Shown here piece after piece: positions 10,923 through 19,408 of a stretch of DNA of 64,000 nucleotides. Positions within the stretch are counted from its first letter, which is position 1; each line of letters starts with the position of its first letter. The notes under the pieces were generated by a model that was not told the origin of the DNA, made no database searches, and saw only the letters and a list, made by a program, of their open reading frames with translations. The position numbers were made by a program, and so were the translations under genes. Source of the stretch: Pirellulales bacterium (lineage in GTDB: Bacteria > Planctomycetota > Planctomycetia > Pirellulales > UBA1268). The stretch lies in NCBI GenBank assembly GCA_017853835.1, contig JAFMIU010000011.1:542-64541 (forward strand), read 5' to 3'.

Positions 10923-12062
10923 TCAGGAATCGGCCGGCTGCTCGGCGGACGAGTGGCTGATCCAGCCGCCACCGAGCAGGCGATCCCCGACGTAGCAGAC
11001 GGCCGGCTGGCCCGGGGAGATGGGGCCCGGCGAGGAATCGGGCCCTCCGGTAAAACGCGCGGCAAACGTGGTCGACGACAAGGGGGTCACGACGGCCGGA
11101 GCTGGTCGACGCTGGGCGCGGCACTGCACCAGGCACTCAAACGGCCCGACGGGCTCTTCCCCAATCCACGTGGCTTCGGAGGCGACGAGCTCCGTCTCGG
11201 GAACATCGCTTCGCGATCCCACCACGACCCTGCAGGTGCCGGCCTCGATGCGAATGACGTAGAGCGGCGTCCCTGTTGCGATCCCCAGGCCCTGCCGCTG
11301 CCCCACGGTGAAGTGTTCGATGCCAGGATGGCGGCCGAGCACACGGCCGGATGAATCGACGATGTCGCCGGCCCTCGACCCTCCAAGCCGCTGGGCGACG
11401 AGCCTGGCGTGCTCTCCCGGAGCCACGAAGCAGATTTCCTGGCTATCGGGCTTGGTGGCCGTGACGAGTCCGAGCGATGCAGCACGGGCCCGCACCGTCG
11501 CCTTTTCCAGGTCGCCGACCGGCAGCAGCATCCGCGCCAGACGAGGCTTCGGGATGTCAAACAACACATACGACTGGTCGCGTGCCGTTTCGAGACCGCG
11601 ACGGAGCACGGGGCCGCTCGAATCGTGTTCGAGCCGTGCGTAGTGGCCGGTGGCCACATGGGTGGCGCCGATCGCATCGGCATGCTCGAAAAGCTTTCCA
11701 AACTTCACCCAGGAGTTGCACCGCACGCATGGATTCGGGGTGCGACCACGGCCGTATTCGTCGGCAAAGGCATCGATGATCCGGTCGAAGTCGGCCGTGA
11801 GATCGAGCGGGTAGAGCGGGATCCCCAGTCGATCGGCCACCCGTCTGGCATCGAGCGCGTCGACGGGGCTACAGCATCCCTGATGACCGGGACGGGCGGC
11901 GACGATGGCAAGGGGGTCGGAGGGATCGCTCGCCGGCAGGGCGGGCGAGGCGTGCCTCATGAACACGCCAACGCAGTCGTGGCCGGCCTCGACCAGCAGG
12001 GCCGCGGCCACGCTCGAATCGACGCCCCCCGACATGGCGACGAGGATGCGTGGCCGTGGCAT
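10923..12062 (-). CDS. mnmA: tRNA 2-thiouridine(34) synthase
   Basis: Trimmed to ATG 12062 ([23 protein letters not shown]). PP-loop SGGVDS; the Cys-containing segments are conserved. The start overlaps the apt stop by 1 nt (TGATG). Confidence 0.9.
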   Translation of the reverse strand: MPRPRILVAMSGGVDSSVAAALLVEAGHDCVGVFMRHASPALPASDPSDPLAIVAARPGHQGCCSPVDALDARRVADRLGIPLYPLDLTADFDRIIDAFADEYGRGRTPNPCVRCNSWVKFGKLFEHADAIGATHVATGHYARLEHDSSGPVLRRGLETARDQSYVLFDIPKPRLARMLLPVGDLEKATVRARAASLGLVTATKPDSQEICFVAPGEHARLVAQRLGGSRAGDIVDSSGRVLGRHPGIEHFTVGQRQGLGIATGTPLYVIRIEAGTCRVVVGSRSDVPETELVASEATWIGEEPVGPFECLVQCRAQRRPAPAVVTPLSSTTFAARFTGGPDSSPGPISPGQPAVCYVGDRLLGGGWISHSSAEQPADS

Positions 12063-12574
12063 CAGTAGATGATCGCTGCTTCCACGCGATGGGGCGCGAG
12101 CCGCTCGCGGCCACCAAGGGGAGCGATTTCCACGAGGAACGAGCCGCCCACCACCCTGCCTCCGCCAGCCTCGATGAGCTTCATGCACGCCGCCGCGGTT
12201 CCGCCGGTGGCGAGCACGTCATCGACGACCAGCACACCGGCGCCGGCCTGCAGCACATCGCGATGCATTTCAAGCCGATCCCGGCCGTATTCGAGGTCGT
12301 ATTCGTGGGCGATCGTGTCGGCGGGAAGCTTGCCCGGCTTCCTGACCGGGATCACGCCGACGCCCAGTGCGAGCGCCAGCGGACCGGCGAACAGAAATCC
12401 TCGCGCCTCGACGGCCGCGATGGCGGCGATGTCGGCCGAGCGCCACGGCTCGGCGAGCGCCTCAATGGCGGCTGCAAAGGCGTCGGCATCGGCGAGGAGC
12501 GGGGTGATGTCGCGAAACAGGATGCCCGGCTTCGGAAAGTCGGGAATCGGTCGGATGTGACGGGTGAGATCCAT
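12062..12574 (-). CDS. apt: adenine phosphoribosyltransferase
   Basis: 170 aa. IRPIPDFPKPGILFRDITPLL and the PRPP loop VLVVDDVLATGGTA. Confidence 0.92.
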   Translation of the reverse strand: MDLTRHIRPIPDFPKPGILFRDITPLLADADAFAAAIEALAEPWRSADIAAIAAVEARGFLFAGPLALALGVGVIPVRKPGKLPADTIAHEYDLEYGRDRLEMHRDVLQAGAGVLVVDDVLATGGTAAACMKLIEAGGGRVVGGSFLVEIAPLGGRERLAPHRVEAAIIY

Positions 12575-12592
12575 GGGAGGCAGTGTGGGGGA

Positions 12593-13465
12593 TCAGGCCC
12601 CGTGACGCAACTGGATGCGGGCCCGCGACGTTCCTTCGATCTCGAGGGCGAGGCTCGCGAGGGTTTCCGACTCGATCTGGCGCACCCGTTCCCGCGTCAG
12701 ACCGAGGACGTTGCCGATTTCCTTGAGGGTCATGGGGTCGTTGCCCGTGAGCCCGAATCGGAGCTTGATGATGGTTCCCGCCCGCTGATCGAGGGAGTCG
12801 ATCTTCGCGAGCACATGCCGCAGGGTGTCATCGTCGAGCATCACTTCAGCCGGGCATCGGGCGTTGTCGTCCTGGATCAGCTCACCGAGCGACCATCCGC
12901 CCTCGGCTGATTCGGCCTGCGGCGTGGACTGGTGCACATGGATCGCCTTCTTGATGATGCCGAGCTTCTTCCGGGCGAGTCCGAGGCACCGGGCCACCTC
13001 CTCCGGCGTGGGCACGCGGCCGAGTGTGTCGCTGAGCCGTGCCGTGGCCCGCCGCCACTTCGAGAGGATCTCGACCATATAGGCCGGAATGCGGATCGTC
13101 TTGCCCGAGTTGATCAGGGCACGCTTGATCGACTGCTTGATCCAATAGCTGGCGTAGGTGCTGAAACGCGTTCCCATCGTCGGGTCAAACCCTTCCACGG
13201 CACGAAGCAGGCCGAGGTTTCCTTCCTCGATGAGGTCGGGCAGTGGAAGACCGCGGTTGGCATACCCGCGGGCGATGTTGACCACGAGCCGGAGATTCGC
13301 ACGAACCATGTGGTCGCGTGCCATCGCATCGCCCCTGCCGATCGCATGGGCAAGCTCCTTCTCCTGGTCGGCCGTGAGCAGAGCCGTTTCGTTGATGTCC
13401 CGCAGGTAGGTCTCGAGGGGGTTTTGCACGGGAACGTTCGAGGTCTTGCGGCGTGGCGACGGCAT
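12593..13465 (-). CDS. RNA polymerase sigma-70 family factor (RpoD/RpoS-like, regions 1.2-4; no region 1.1)
   Basis: Trimmed to ATG 13465. Region 2 LRLVVNIARGYANRGLPLPDLIEEGNLGLLRAVEGFDP..GTRFSTYASYWIKQSI, region 3 IRIPAYMVE, region 4 LKEIGNVLGLTRERVRQIE. Confidence 0.85.
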   Translation of the reverse strand: MPSPRRKTSNVPVQNPLETYLRDINETALLTADQEKELAHAIGRGDAMARDHMVRANLRLVVNIARGYANRGLPLPDLIEEGNLGLLRAVEGFDPTMGTRFSTYASYWIKQSIKRALINSGKTIRIPAYMVEILSKWRRATARLSDTLGRVPTPEEVARCLGLARKKLGIIKKAIHVHQSTPQAESAEGGWSLGELIQDDNARCPAEVMLDDDTLRHVLAKIDSLDQRAGTIIKLRFGLTGNDPMTLKEIGNVLGLTRERVRQIESETLASLALEIEGTSRARIQLRHGA

Positions 13466-13672
13466 GAGAAGTCCGAGCGTGGAGAGGGTGGTGACGACGG
13501 TGCCGTTCCGTGATGAGACGGGGCGAAGGCGGCGACCGATGCCGGCGACCACCGGCACAGAGATAGGTATCGGCGGCCACGCGGGACAACTGCACAAGCC
13601 TGGCGGGCGAGGCAGACGGTGTGGCCTGGCCTGATCGTGCCGCAGGTGGCGGTTGCGCGGCGCCTTCGGGAA

Positions 13673-14773
13673 TCAGTCGTCGCGAGAGCCACCCGAACCG
13701 AGCGATCTCGCGAGGAACTCGACCACCGTCGTGCCCACGGATGAGTCGTGGGAAAGGGTCGAGTCGTCATCGAGGCCGTCGATCACGACGAGCGTTGCAT
13801 CAACGCCAAGGGCATCGAGCGATGCCTCGAGCCGACGGCTCTGGTCGAGCGGCATGGTGCTTCGGGTGTGGTGCACCAAGAGCGCAGGAGGGTCGTCAGA
13901 TGAGGCATGGTAGGTTGGGCTCGCGCGTTGGGCCGCTTCGCGCACCTCGGGCAAAGGTCCACCAACGAGGCGACTTGCAGCCGAGCCCGCGCGATCATGC
14001 GATGCACCGAGCGAAGGAAGGTCGGTCGGCGCGTCGATCGCGATGATGGCGGCTGGTGTGGCGTGAGGAAGGTCGGAGATGTCGTCGGTCGAGGTCTCTC
14101 GAATCGGCGCCGAAGGCTCCTTCGCCATGGCCACGAGGGCGGCCAGGTGGCCGCCAGCTCCCGATCCCATCACGGCGACTCGATCAGCGTCGATGCCCCA
14201 GGTGGCGGCGTCACCGGCGAGCGAATCGATCGCGGCACGACAGTCGTCGAGTTGGGCTGGAAACGTGGCGACGTCGCTCGTTCGGTAGTCGATGCTCGCC
14301 ACGACGTATCCCTCGTCGACGAGCCACGAAACGGGGCACTCCCCCTTGGTGCCCGACTTCCAATCGGGCCCGTGAATCCACACAACCATCGGCACAAGGC
14401 CACCACCGCAGCCCTCCGGCAGATAGAGATCGAGACGCTGCTTCGGGTGATCGCCGTACGGTTGGTCGCGGTGGATCAGCTGTCGACGGGGTGCCTCCAC
14501 ATCGCGGGCGACAGGCTCCTCGATTTCGGTGTCCCGTCGTTGGAGTCGCCGCTGGGCGCGACGCGACATCCGTCGCGGCTGGGGCTCTGCCTGAAGGGGG
14601 GCGTCCGACGGCGGACGCGGGTCGTTGCGCCACGCCACCTCAACGCCCGACCAGTCGATGGCCACGGCATCACCGCCGGAGGCGATGAAAAGGGGTGCCA
14701 GGAGCGCCGGTGCGAGGCATCGAATGACGAAAGCGCTGGGCGAACAGGATGGCGTCATGGCTCGGCAGCCCAT
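13673..14773 (-). CDS. secreted alpha/beta-hydrolase fold protein (esterase/lipase-like)
   Basis: Signal-peptide-like N-terminus. VVWIHGPDW (HGG-like box). The nucleophile-elbow region reads VAVMGSGAGGHLAAL. Possible later start at 14758. Confidence 0.6.
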   Translation of the reverse strand: MGCRAMTPSCSPSAFVIRCLAPALLAPLFIASGGDAVAIDWSGVEVAWRNDPRPPSDAPLQAEPQPRRMSRRAQRRLQRRDTEIEEPVARDVEAPRRQLIHRDQPYGDHPKQRLDLYLPEGCGGGLVPMVVWIHGPDWKSGTKGECPVSWLVDEGYVVASIDYRTSDVATFPAQLDDCRAAIDSLAGDAATWGIDADRVAVMGSGAGGHLAALVAMAKEPSAPIRETSTDDISDLPHATPAAIIAIDAPTDLPSLGASHDRAGSAASRLVGGPLPEVREAAQRASPTYHASSDDPPALLVHHTRSTMPLDQSRRLEASLDALGVDATLVVIDGLDDDSTLSHDSSVGTTVVEFLARSLGSGGSRDD

Positions 14774-14800
14774 GGGGAAGGGCCCCGAGTATACCCCTCT

Positions 14801-15916
14801 TCAGTGCACGGAGTCGTTGTGTCCATCCGGGCTGCCGGCACCGGCCCGGGTAACCATGTCGCAGAGAAGCCGTAGGGGGGTGGAATCATCGAGGAATCGC
14901 ACGGAACCATCGCCCATCGCCACGTTGGCACCGGTGGGATGAAAGGCGTAGAAGCCGTGTCCCCATTCATTCGAACTGTTGATCGCCGGCGGCGTGGGAA
15001 TCGGACCAAACGAAGCATCCCACGGGAGCACGGAACCGATCATGAACGGGTTGTCGGTGGTCGCCCATGCTCCTCCACGGGCCCTGATTTTCTGGCCGCT
15101 GCCGCCGGTGTAGTCGACGGCGAAGAAGGTTCGACCACGGTAGACGTCTTCGCGGCCGGCACACTCCGCGAGAAGGACCGTTTTGGAGAGGCCGTCGGTG
15201 GCGTCGCGGACGCGATTGACGGTGTTGGCTGGTCCTGTGTTGGACAGGTCGCCCTTGGTGGCCTTGGAACCATCCGACCACCATCCGATGAGTCCTCGTG
15301 TGTCGCCCGTGATCTGCTCGCCTGCGGCGAGGTGGGCGTTGGTGGCGACCGGGTGAACGCCGGTTGGCACGAAGAAGTCGCCACATGCTCCGGTCTTGTT
15401 GGGTGGCGTCGATTCAGGCTTGTCTTGGATTCGGTTGAACGTTGGTGTCGAAGGACACTGCACCACGCGCAGCGGCTGGGCAACGATCTCACGATTGGGC
15501 GACTTCCACCATTCGGTCGTCATCGCGTAGGAGGCCACCATGGCCGACTCTTCGATGAACGGCAAAATGAACGGCGTCCAACAGTGATACTTGGTGGACC
15601 CCGAGGGATTGGTGAAGGCCAGCGGGTATTTCTGATTGGCCGATTCGTAGGTCGCGAAGGCGAGCGACACCTGCCGCATGGAGTTGCCGCACTGCATCCG
15701 TCGAGCCGCCTCACGGGCGCTTTGCACCGCCGGCAGGAGCAGGCCGATGAGCGTGGCGATGATGGCGATCACCACGAGAAGCTCGACGAGCGTGAAGCCC
15801 GTTGCAGAATCGGTGGGGTGGATGCGACGGGATGGCACGGCTGGACGTGATCGCAGGCGACCTGAGGCAACAGCCAATGCTATCGACGGAAGCCCACGGG
15901 AGGAGCGGTGAAACAT
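14801..15916 (-). CDS. DUF1559 domain protein with prepilin-type N-terminal cleavage/methylation motif
   Basis: [43 protein letters not shown] followed by a C-terminal ...DGSVRFL-type end. This is the hallmark planctomycete family. GTG 15838 would give a more typical short leader. Confidence 0.85.
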   Translation of the reverse strand: MFHRSSRGLPSIALAVASGRLRSRPAVPSRRIHPTDSATGFTLVELLVVIAIIATLIGLLLPAVQSAREAARRMQCGNSMRQVSLAFATYESANQKYPLAFTNPSGSTKYHCWTPFILPFIEESAMVASYAMTTEWWKSPNREIVAQPLRVVQCPSTPTFNRIQDKPESTPPNKTGACGDFFVPTGVHPVATNAHLAAGEQITGDTRGLIGWWSDGSKATKGDLSNTGPANTVNRVRDATDGLSKTVLLAECAGREDVYRGRTFFAVDYTGGSGQKIRARGGAWATTDNPFMIGSVLPWDASFGPIPTPPAINSSNEWGHGFYAFHPTGANVAMGDGSVRFLDDSTPLRLLCDMVTRAGAGSPDGHNDSVH

Positions 15917-15974
15917 CCCCCACGGGTGGCGAAAGATTCACCGCGCCACCCGACAACCAGATTCGGACGCGTGG

Positions 15975-17336
15975 TTAATCGTCGAGTCCGGCGAGGCGGA
16001 GTTTGGTGCGGAGCGTGGCCCGGTCGAGGCCAAGAAGCCTTGCGGTGGCCGTCCGATTGCCGCCCGTGTGGGCGAGCACCTCTCGAAGAAGAGTCGCCTC
16101 GACGAGCCGGATCGTGCGGTGATGGAGGTCGGGCTCCGGGTGGCCGCCGTAGGCTGCGCGGGCGACCGACGCCCATTCGCGAATGGCGACCGCCACGCGG
16201 CGAGACGCCTCGTCGAGGCTGGACGAGTCTTCCGACGACGCGTCGACGGCCGGGAGGTGCTCCGGGCGGAGGGTGGCGCCGTGGGCTACGACGACAGCGT
16301 GCTCGAGGGCGATCCTCAGTTGGCGAACATTGCCGGGCCAGTCGCGCCGCACCAGCGCCGTCACGAACTCCGGGGAAACGGCCGACTGTTTCGGCGAACC
16401 AATCCGGGCAAGAATGGCATGCGCCACCCCTTCGATGTCGTCCTTTCGCTCGTCGAGCGACGGCATCCGAATGGTGACCGTCGTAAGCAGATCGGAAAGG
16501 TCGCGGCGAAACGAGGGGGGCAGGGAGAGAGCCGTGGCGAGCACCCGCACATCCACACGCCGCGGGGGCTTCCCATCCGGCCGACTCACGGTTCCCATCT
16601 CCAGGAGGCTGACAAGCCTGGCTTGAACCTCCGGCGGGGCCTGATCGATCTCGTCGATCAGGAGCGTGCCACCGTCGGCCCGCTCGACGAGTCCGACAGT
16701 ATTGGGCCCTCCAAACAGTTCGGCGTCGATCGCGATGTGAGCGAGGGCGGAAAGGCTGGTGGTGACAAGTGGCTTGGCATGACGGCGGCCGTGGGCGTGA
16801 ATCGCACGTGCAGCGAGTTGTTTGCCGCTTCCCGAAGGGCCTGTCACCAGCACGGGCATGTCGCCATCGGCGACCAGCGCGATCTGCTTGAACACCTCCT
16901 GCATCGGAGGTGAGGCGCCGACGAGCGTTGGGGATGCGTCGGCCTCTTGGTCGTCGCGCGCCGTGCCGGGCGAGGTTCGTTCGGCCAGGGCTCGAGCGAC
17001 AACCTGCATCACATGGTCGAGTTCAAATGGCTTGACGAGATAGTCGAAGGCTCCGGCGCGGACGGCACGAACAGCCGTGCCGAGGTCACCAAAGGCCGTC
17101 ATGACGACGATCGGCGCGTTGGCCGAAACCGAGCGAATATCAGGGATCGCGTCGATGCCATCCTTTCCGGGAAGTCGCACGTCGAGCAGGACCGCGTCGG
17201 GAGCAAGTTGTTCGCACGACGACAAGGCCTCGTCGATGGTGGCTGCCACGGCCACGTCATGGCCGTCATCGGTGAGCAGTTCGCGGAGGCTCCAGCCGAT
17301 GGCCGGCTCGTCATCGACCACGAGGATGCGGCTCAT
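15975..17336 (-). CDS. NtrC-family response regulator (receiver + AAA+ + Fis-type HTH) lacking the GAFTGA loop
   Basis: Receiver: VVDDEP...DVRLPGKDG...DYLVKPF. AAA+: Walker A GPSGSGKQ, Walker B LLIDEID, WPGNVRQL. C-terminal HTH: GNRTATARLLGLDRATLRTKL. Only 10 aa separate ELFG from ADGGTL, with no GAFTGA. Confidence 0.85.
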   Translation of the reverse strand: MSRILVVDDEPAIGWSLRELLTDDGHDVAVAATIDEALSSCEQLAPDAVLLDVRLPGKDGIDAIPDIRSVSANAPIVVMTAFGDLGTAVRAVRAGAFDYLVKPFELDHVMQVVARALAERTSPGTARDDQEADASPTLVGASPPMQEVFKQIALVADGDMPVLVTGPSGSGKQLAARAIHAHGRRHAKPLVTTSLSALAHIAIDAELFGGPNTVGLVERADGGTLLIDEIDQAPPEVQARLVSLLEMGTVSRPDGKPPRRVDVRVLATALSLPPSFRRDLSDLLTTVTIRMPSLDERKDDIEGVAHAILARIGSPKQSAVSPEFVTALVRRDWPGNVRQLRIALEHAVVVAHGATLRPEHLPAVDASSEDSSSLDEASRRVAVAIREWASVARAAYGGHPEPDLHHRTIRLVEATLLREVLAHTGGNRTATARLLGLDRATLRTKLRLAGLDD

Positions 17337-18724
17337 GCGTCATGCTCCGTGATGATGGGCGAGGGACGTGTGGGCATGGGGAGCTGCAGGTGAAATCGCG
17401 TTCGGCCGTCGCACCGGTCCCATGAGAGCGTACCACCATGCTGCTCCGCCACCGCCGTGGCCACGGCAAGTCCCAGGCCAACACCCTCGGCTTTGCCGGT
17501 GACGAAGGGTTCGTGGAGCGACGCGGCGAGGTGGGCCGGTGGGCCTGGGCCATCATCTTCCACGGTGACACGCACGCTGTCGGCCCCGTCGACCGACACG
17601 GTCACGCATCCGCCCCGTCCTGCGGCATCGATCGCGTTGAGCACGAGGTTCACCAGTGCCGCCCGGAGGCCTTCGTGGCGACCCTCGATCGACACTCCCG
17701 AGGGCGCTGACGTTTCGAAATGGACGCCGGCATGGTCACACCGTGGTCCCACCAGGCTGGCCACGTCACCGATGAGCTGGTCGATCGAGACCAGCGTTAC
17801 CGCCGCTTCGGCAGGTCGACCGAGGGCCAACAGGCCGCGAACCTCCTCCTCGACGATGTCGAGCTGTCGGCAGGCGACGGCGAGGCTCTGGTCACTCGTA
17901 TCGTCGGCATGGTCATGGCAGCGGCGGCGATGGAGTTCAACGGCCAGTCGTGCGCCCGTGATGGCATTTCGGAGCTCGTGGGCGAAGCCTGCCGCCAGTT
18001 GCCCGAGAAGACGCTGCCGCTCCCCCGAGACGAGCGTGTTGCGGAGTGTCTCGAGATCCACACTCATGCGATTGATGCCGGCGATTAGTCGGCCAACCTC
18101 ATCGTCAGACCCCGGTGGGAGGCTGCTTCCAAACTCGCCCCGCGCGATCCGTTCGACATGGCGCTCCACGCTGCGAATCCTCGTGGCCAGCCCGCCCGTG
18201 GTCGAAAGCCCAAGAGGAACGAGGACAACCAGGGTGATCGCGGCGACCACGAGCACCGGCCATACCGCGTCGAGGGCCATCGCGACGATGCTTCGGGCGG
18301 GAGACAGCACGAGCGCTCGTTCGGGGCGGACTCCGGCGCTTCGCAGAACACCCACGTCGTATCGCTGGCCCTCGATCTCGATCGTCCCGGTTCGCAGGGC
18401 GTTTCGCAGTGGCACGGTCAGTGCTTCGAGCACGCGGTCATCGAGCGAGGATGCCGACGGGGCGTCGTGCGTGTCATCCCACACGACGAACTCACTGCCT
18501 GTCAGCTTCTGGAGTGCGACAAGCACCGGCGGCACGAGGGAGATTCTCGATTGGTCGAGCAGGGCGACGAGTCGTTCCCGGTCAGCCTTGGCGGCGTTCA
18601 CGGCGTGTCGCGCCTCGAGCCATGCGGTAAACGCGACGTTGGCGAGCACCGCGGCCAGCAACAGGCCGACGACCGGGAGTACCAGCTGCGCGAAGAGCGA
18701 GGGGCCTCGCAGGAATGGGATCAT
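17333..18724 (-). CDS. sensor histidine kinase (two TM helices, HAMP, HisKA, HATPase_c)
   Basis: H-box FAHELRNAITG, N-box LVLNAIDA, G-boxes DDGPG and GVGLGLA. A 4-nt ATGA overlap with the downstream response regulator. Confidence 0.85.
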   Translation of the reverse strand: MIPFLRGPSLFAQLVLPVVGLLLAAVLANVAFTAWLEARHAVNAAKADRERLVALLDQSRISLVPPVLVALQKLTGSEFVVWDDTHDAPSASSLDDRVLEALTVPLRNALRTGTIEIEGQRYDVGVLRSAGVRPERALVLSPARSIVAMALDAVWPVLVVAAITLVVLVPLGLSTTGGLATRIRSVERHVERIARGEFGSSLPPGSDDEVGRLIAGINRMSVDLETLRNTLVSGERQRLLGQLAAGFAHELRNAITGARLAVELHRRRCHDHADDTSDQSLAVACRQLDIVEEEVRGLLALGRPAEAAVTLVSIDQLIGDVASLVGPRCDHAGVHFETSAPSGVSIEGRHEGLRAALVNLVLNAIDAAGRGGCVTVSVDGADSVRVTVEDDGPGPPAHLAASLHEPFVTGKAEGVGLGLAVATAVAEQHGGTLSWDRCDGRTRFHLQLPMPTRPSPIITEHDA

Positions 18725-18771
18725 GGCAAGCCACCGACATGACGTGGGACCGATCCATTCCTGGCCGGTTG

Positions 18772-19236
18772 CTACCGCTTGACCAACGCGTCGCGGATCT
18801 CCCGCAGCAGCACGATGTCTTCCGGAGGTGTGGCGGGGGTTTCGGCCTTCTTTTCCTCGAACTTCGCCTTGGCCGTATTGATCGCCTTGATCAGGACAAA
18901 AATCGCCGCCGAGACGAGCAGGAAATCGACGACCGACTGGATGAACGGACCAAAGTTGAGAATCGGATAATCCTGCATGATCATTACCGGCCGCCCGTCC
19001 TTCATTTCGGGGGTGCCGTCAGCAAGAAGCTTGGGCGACTCCATGCGAATCCGCCAGGCGAGGTCGCTGAAGTTCACCCCGAACTTGGAGGTCAGCAGGT
19101 TGAGGGGTGGCATCAGGATATTGGCGACCAGCGAACTGATGATCTTTCCGAAGGCGCCGCCGATCACGACACCGACCGCGAGGTCGATGACGTTGCCACG
19201 CATGGCGAAGTCGCGAAACTCTTTGAGCAGCCCCAT
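18772..19236 (-). CDS. mscL: large-conductance mechanosensitive channel
   Basis: [45 protein letters not shown] is the canonical MscL N-terminus. 154 aa. Confidence 0.92.
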   Translation of the reverse strand: MGLLKEFRDFAMRGNVIDLAVGVVIGGAFGKIISSLVANILMPPLNLLTSKFGVNFSDLAWRIRMESPKLLADGTPEMKDGRPVMIMQDYPILNFGPFIQSVVDFLLVSAAIFVLIKAINTAKAKFEEKKAETPATPPEDIVLLREIRDALVKR

Positions 19237-19408
19237 GAATCATCCTCGCAGGCAATGGGTGTTGGAAACGCCGTGCCAAGTATGCCGTTTCATGCGGCCG
19301 GGCTCAATCTCGTCAGCGACCCGGCTGGGCTGGTAGATTTCCGCGTGACGGCCCGAAGAGTGTCATCGGGACGCGGATCAGCCGTGCCAGGGAAGGCTTC
19401 GTCAACGC

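Noticed and set aside
10765-11136. N-terminal extension of the floA ORF
   Set aside because: It would overlap the 3' end of mnmA by more than 200 nt and is Arg-rich. GTG 10764 has an upstream GGAGAG and gives a FloA of normal length with its N-terminal TM helix.
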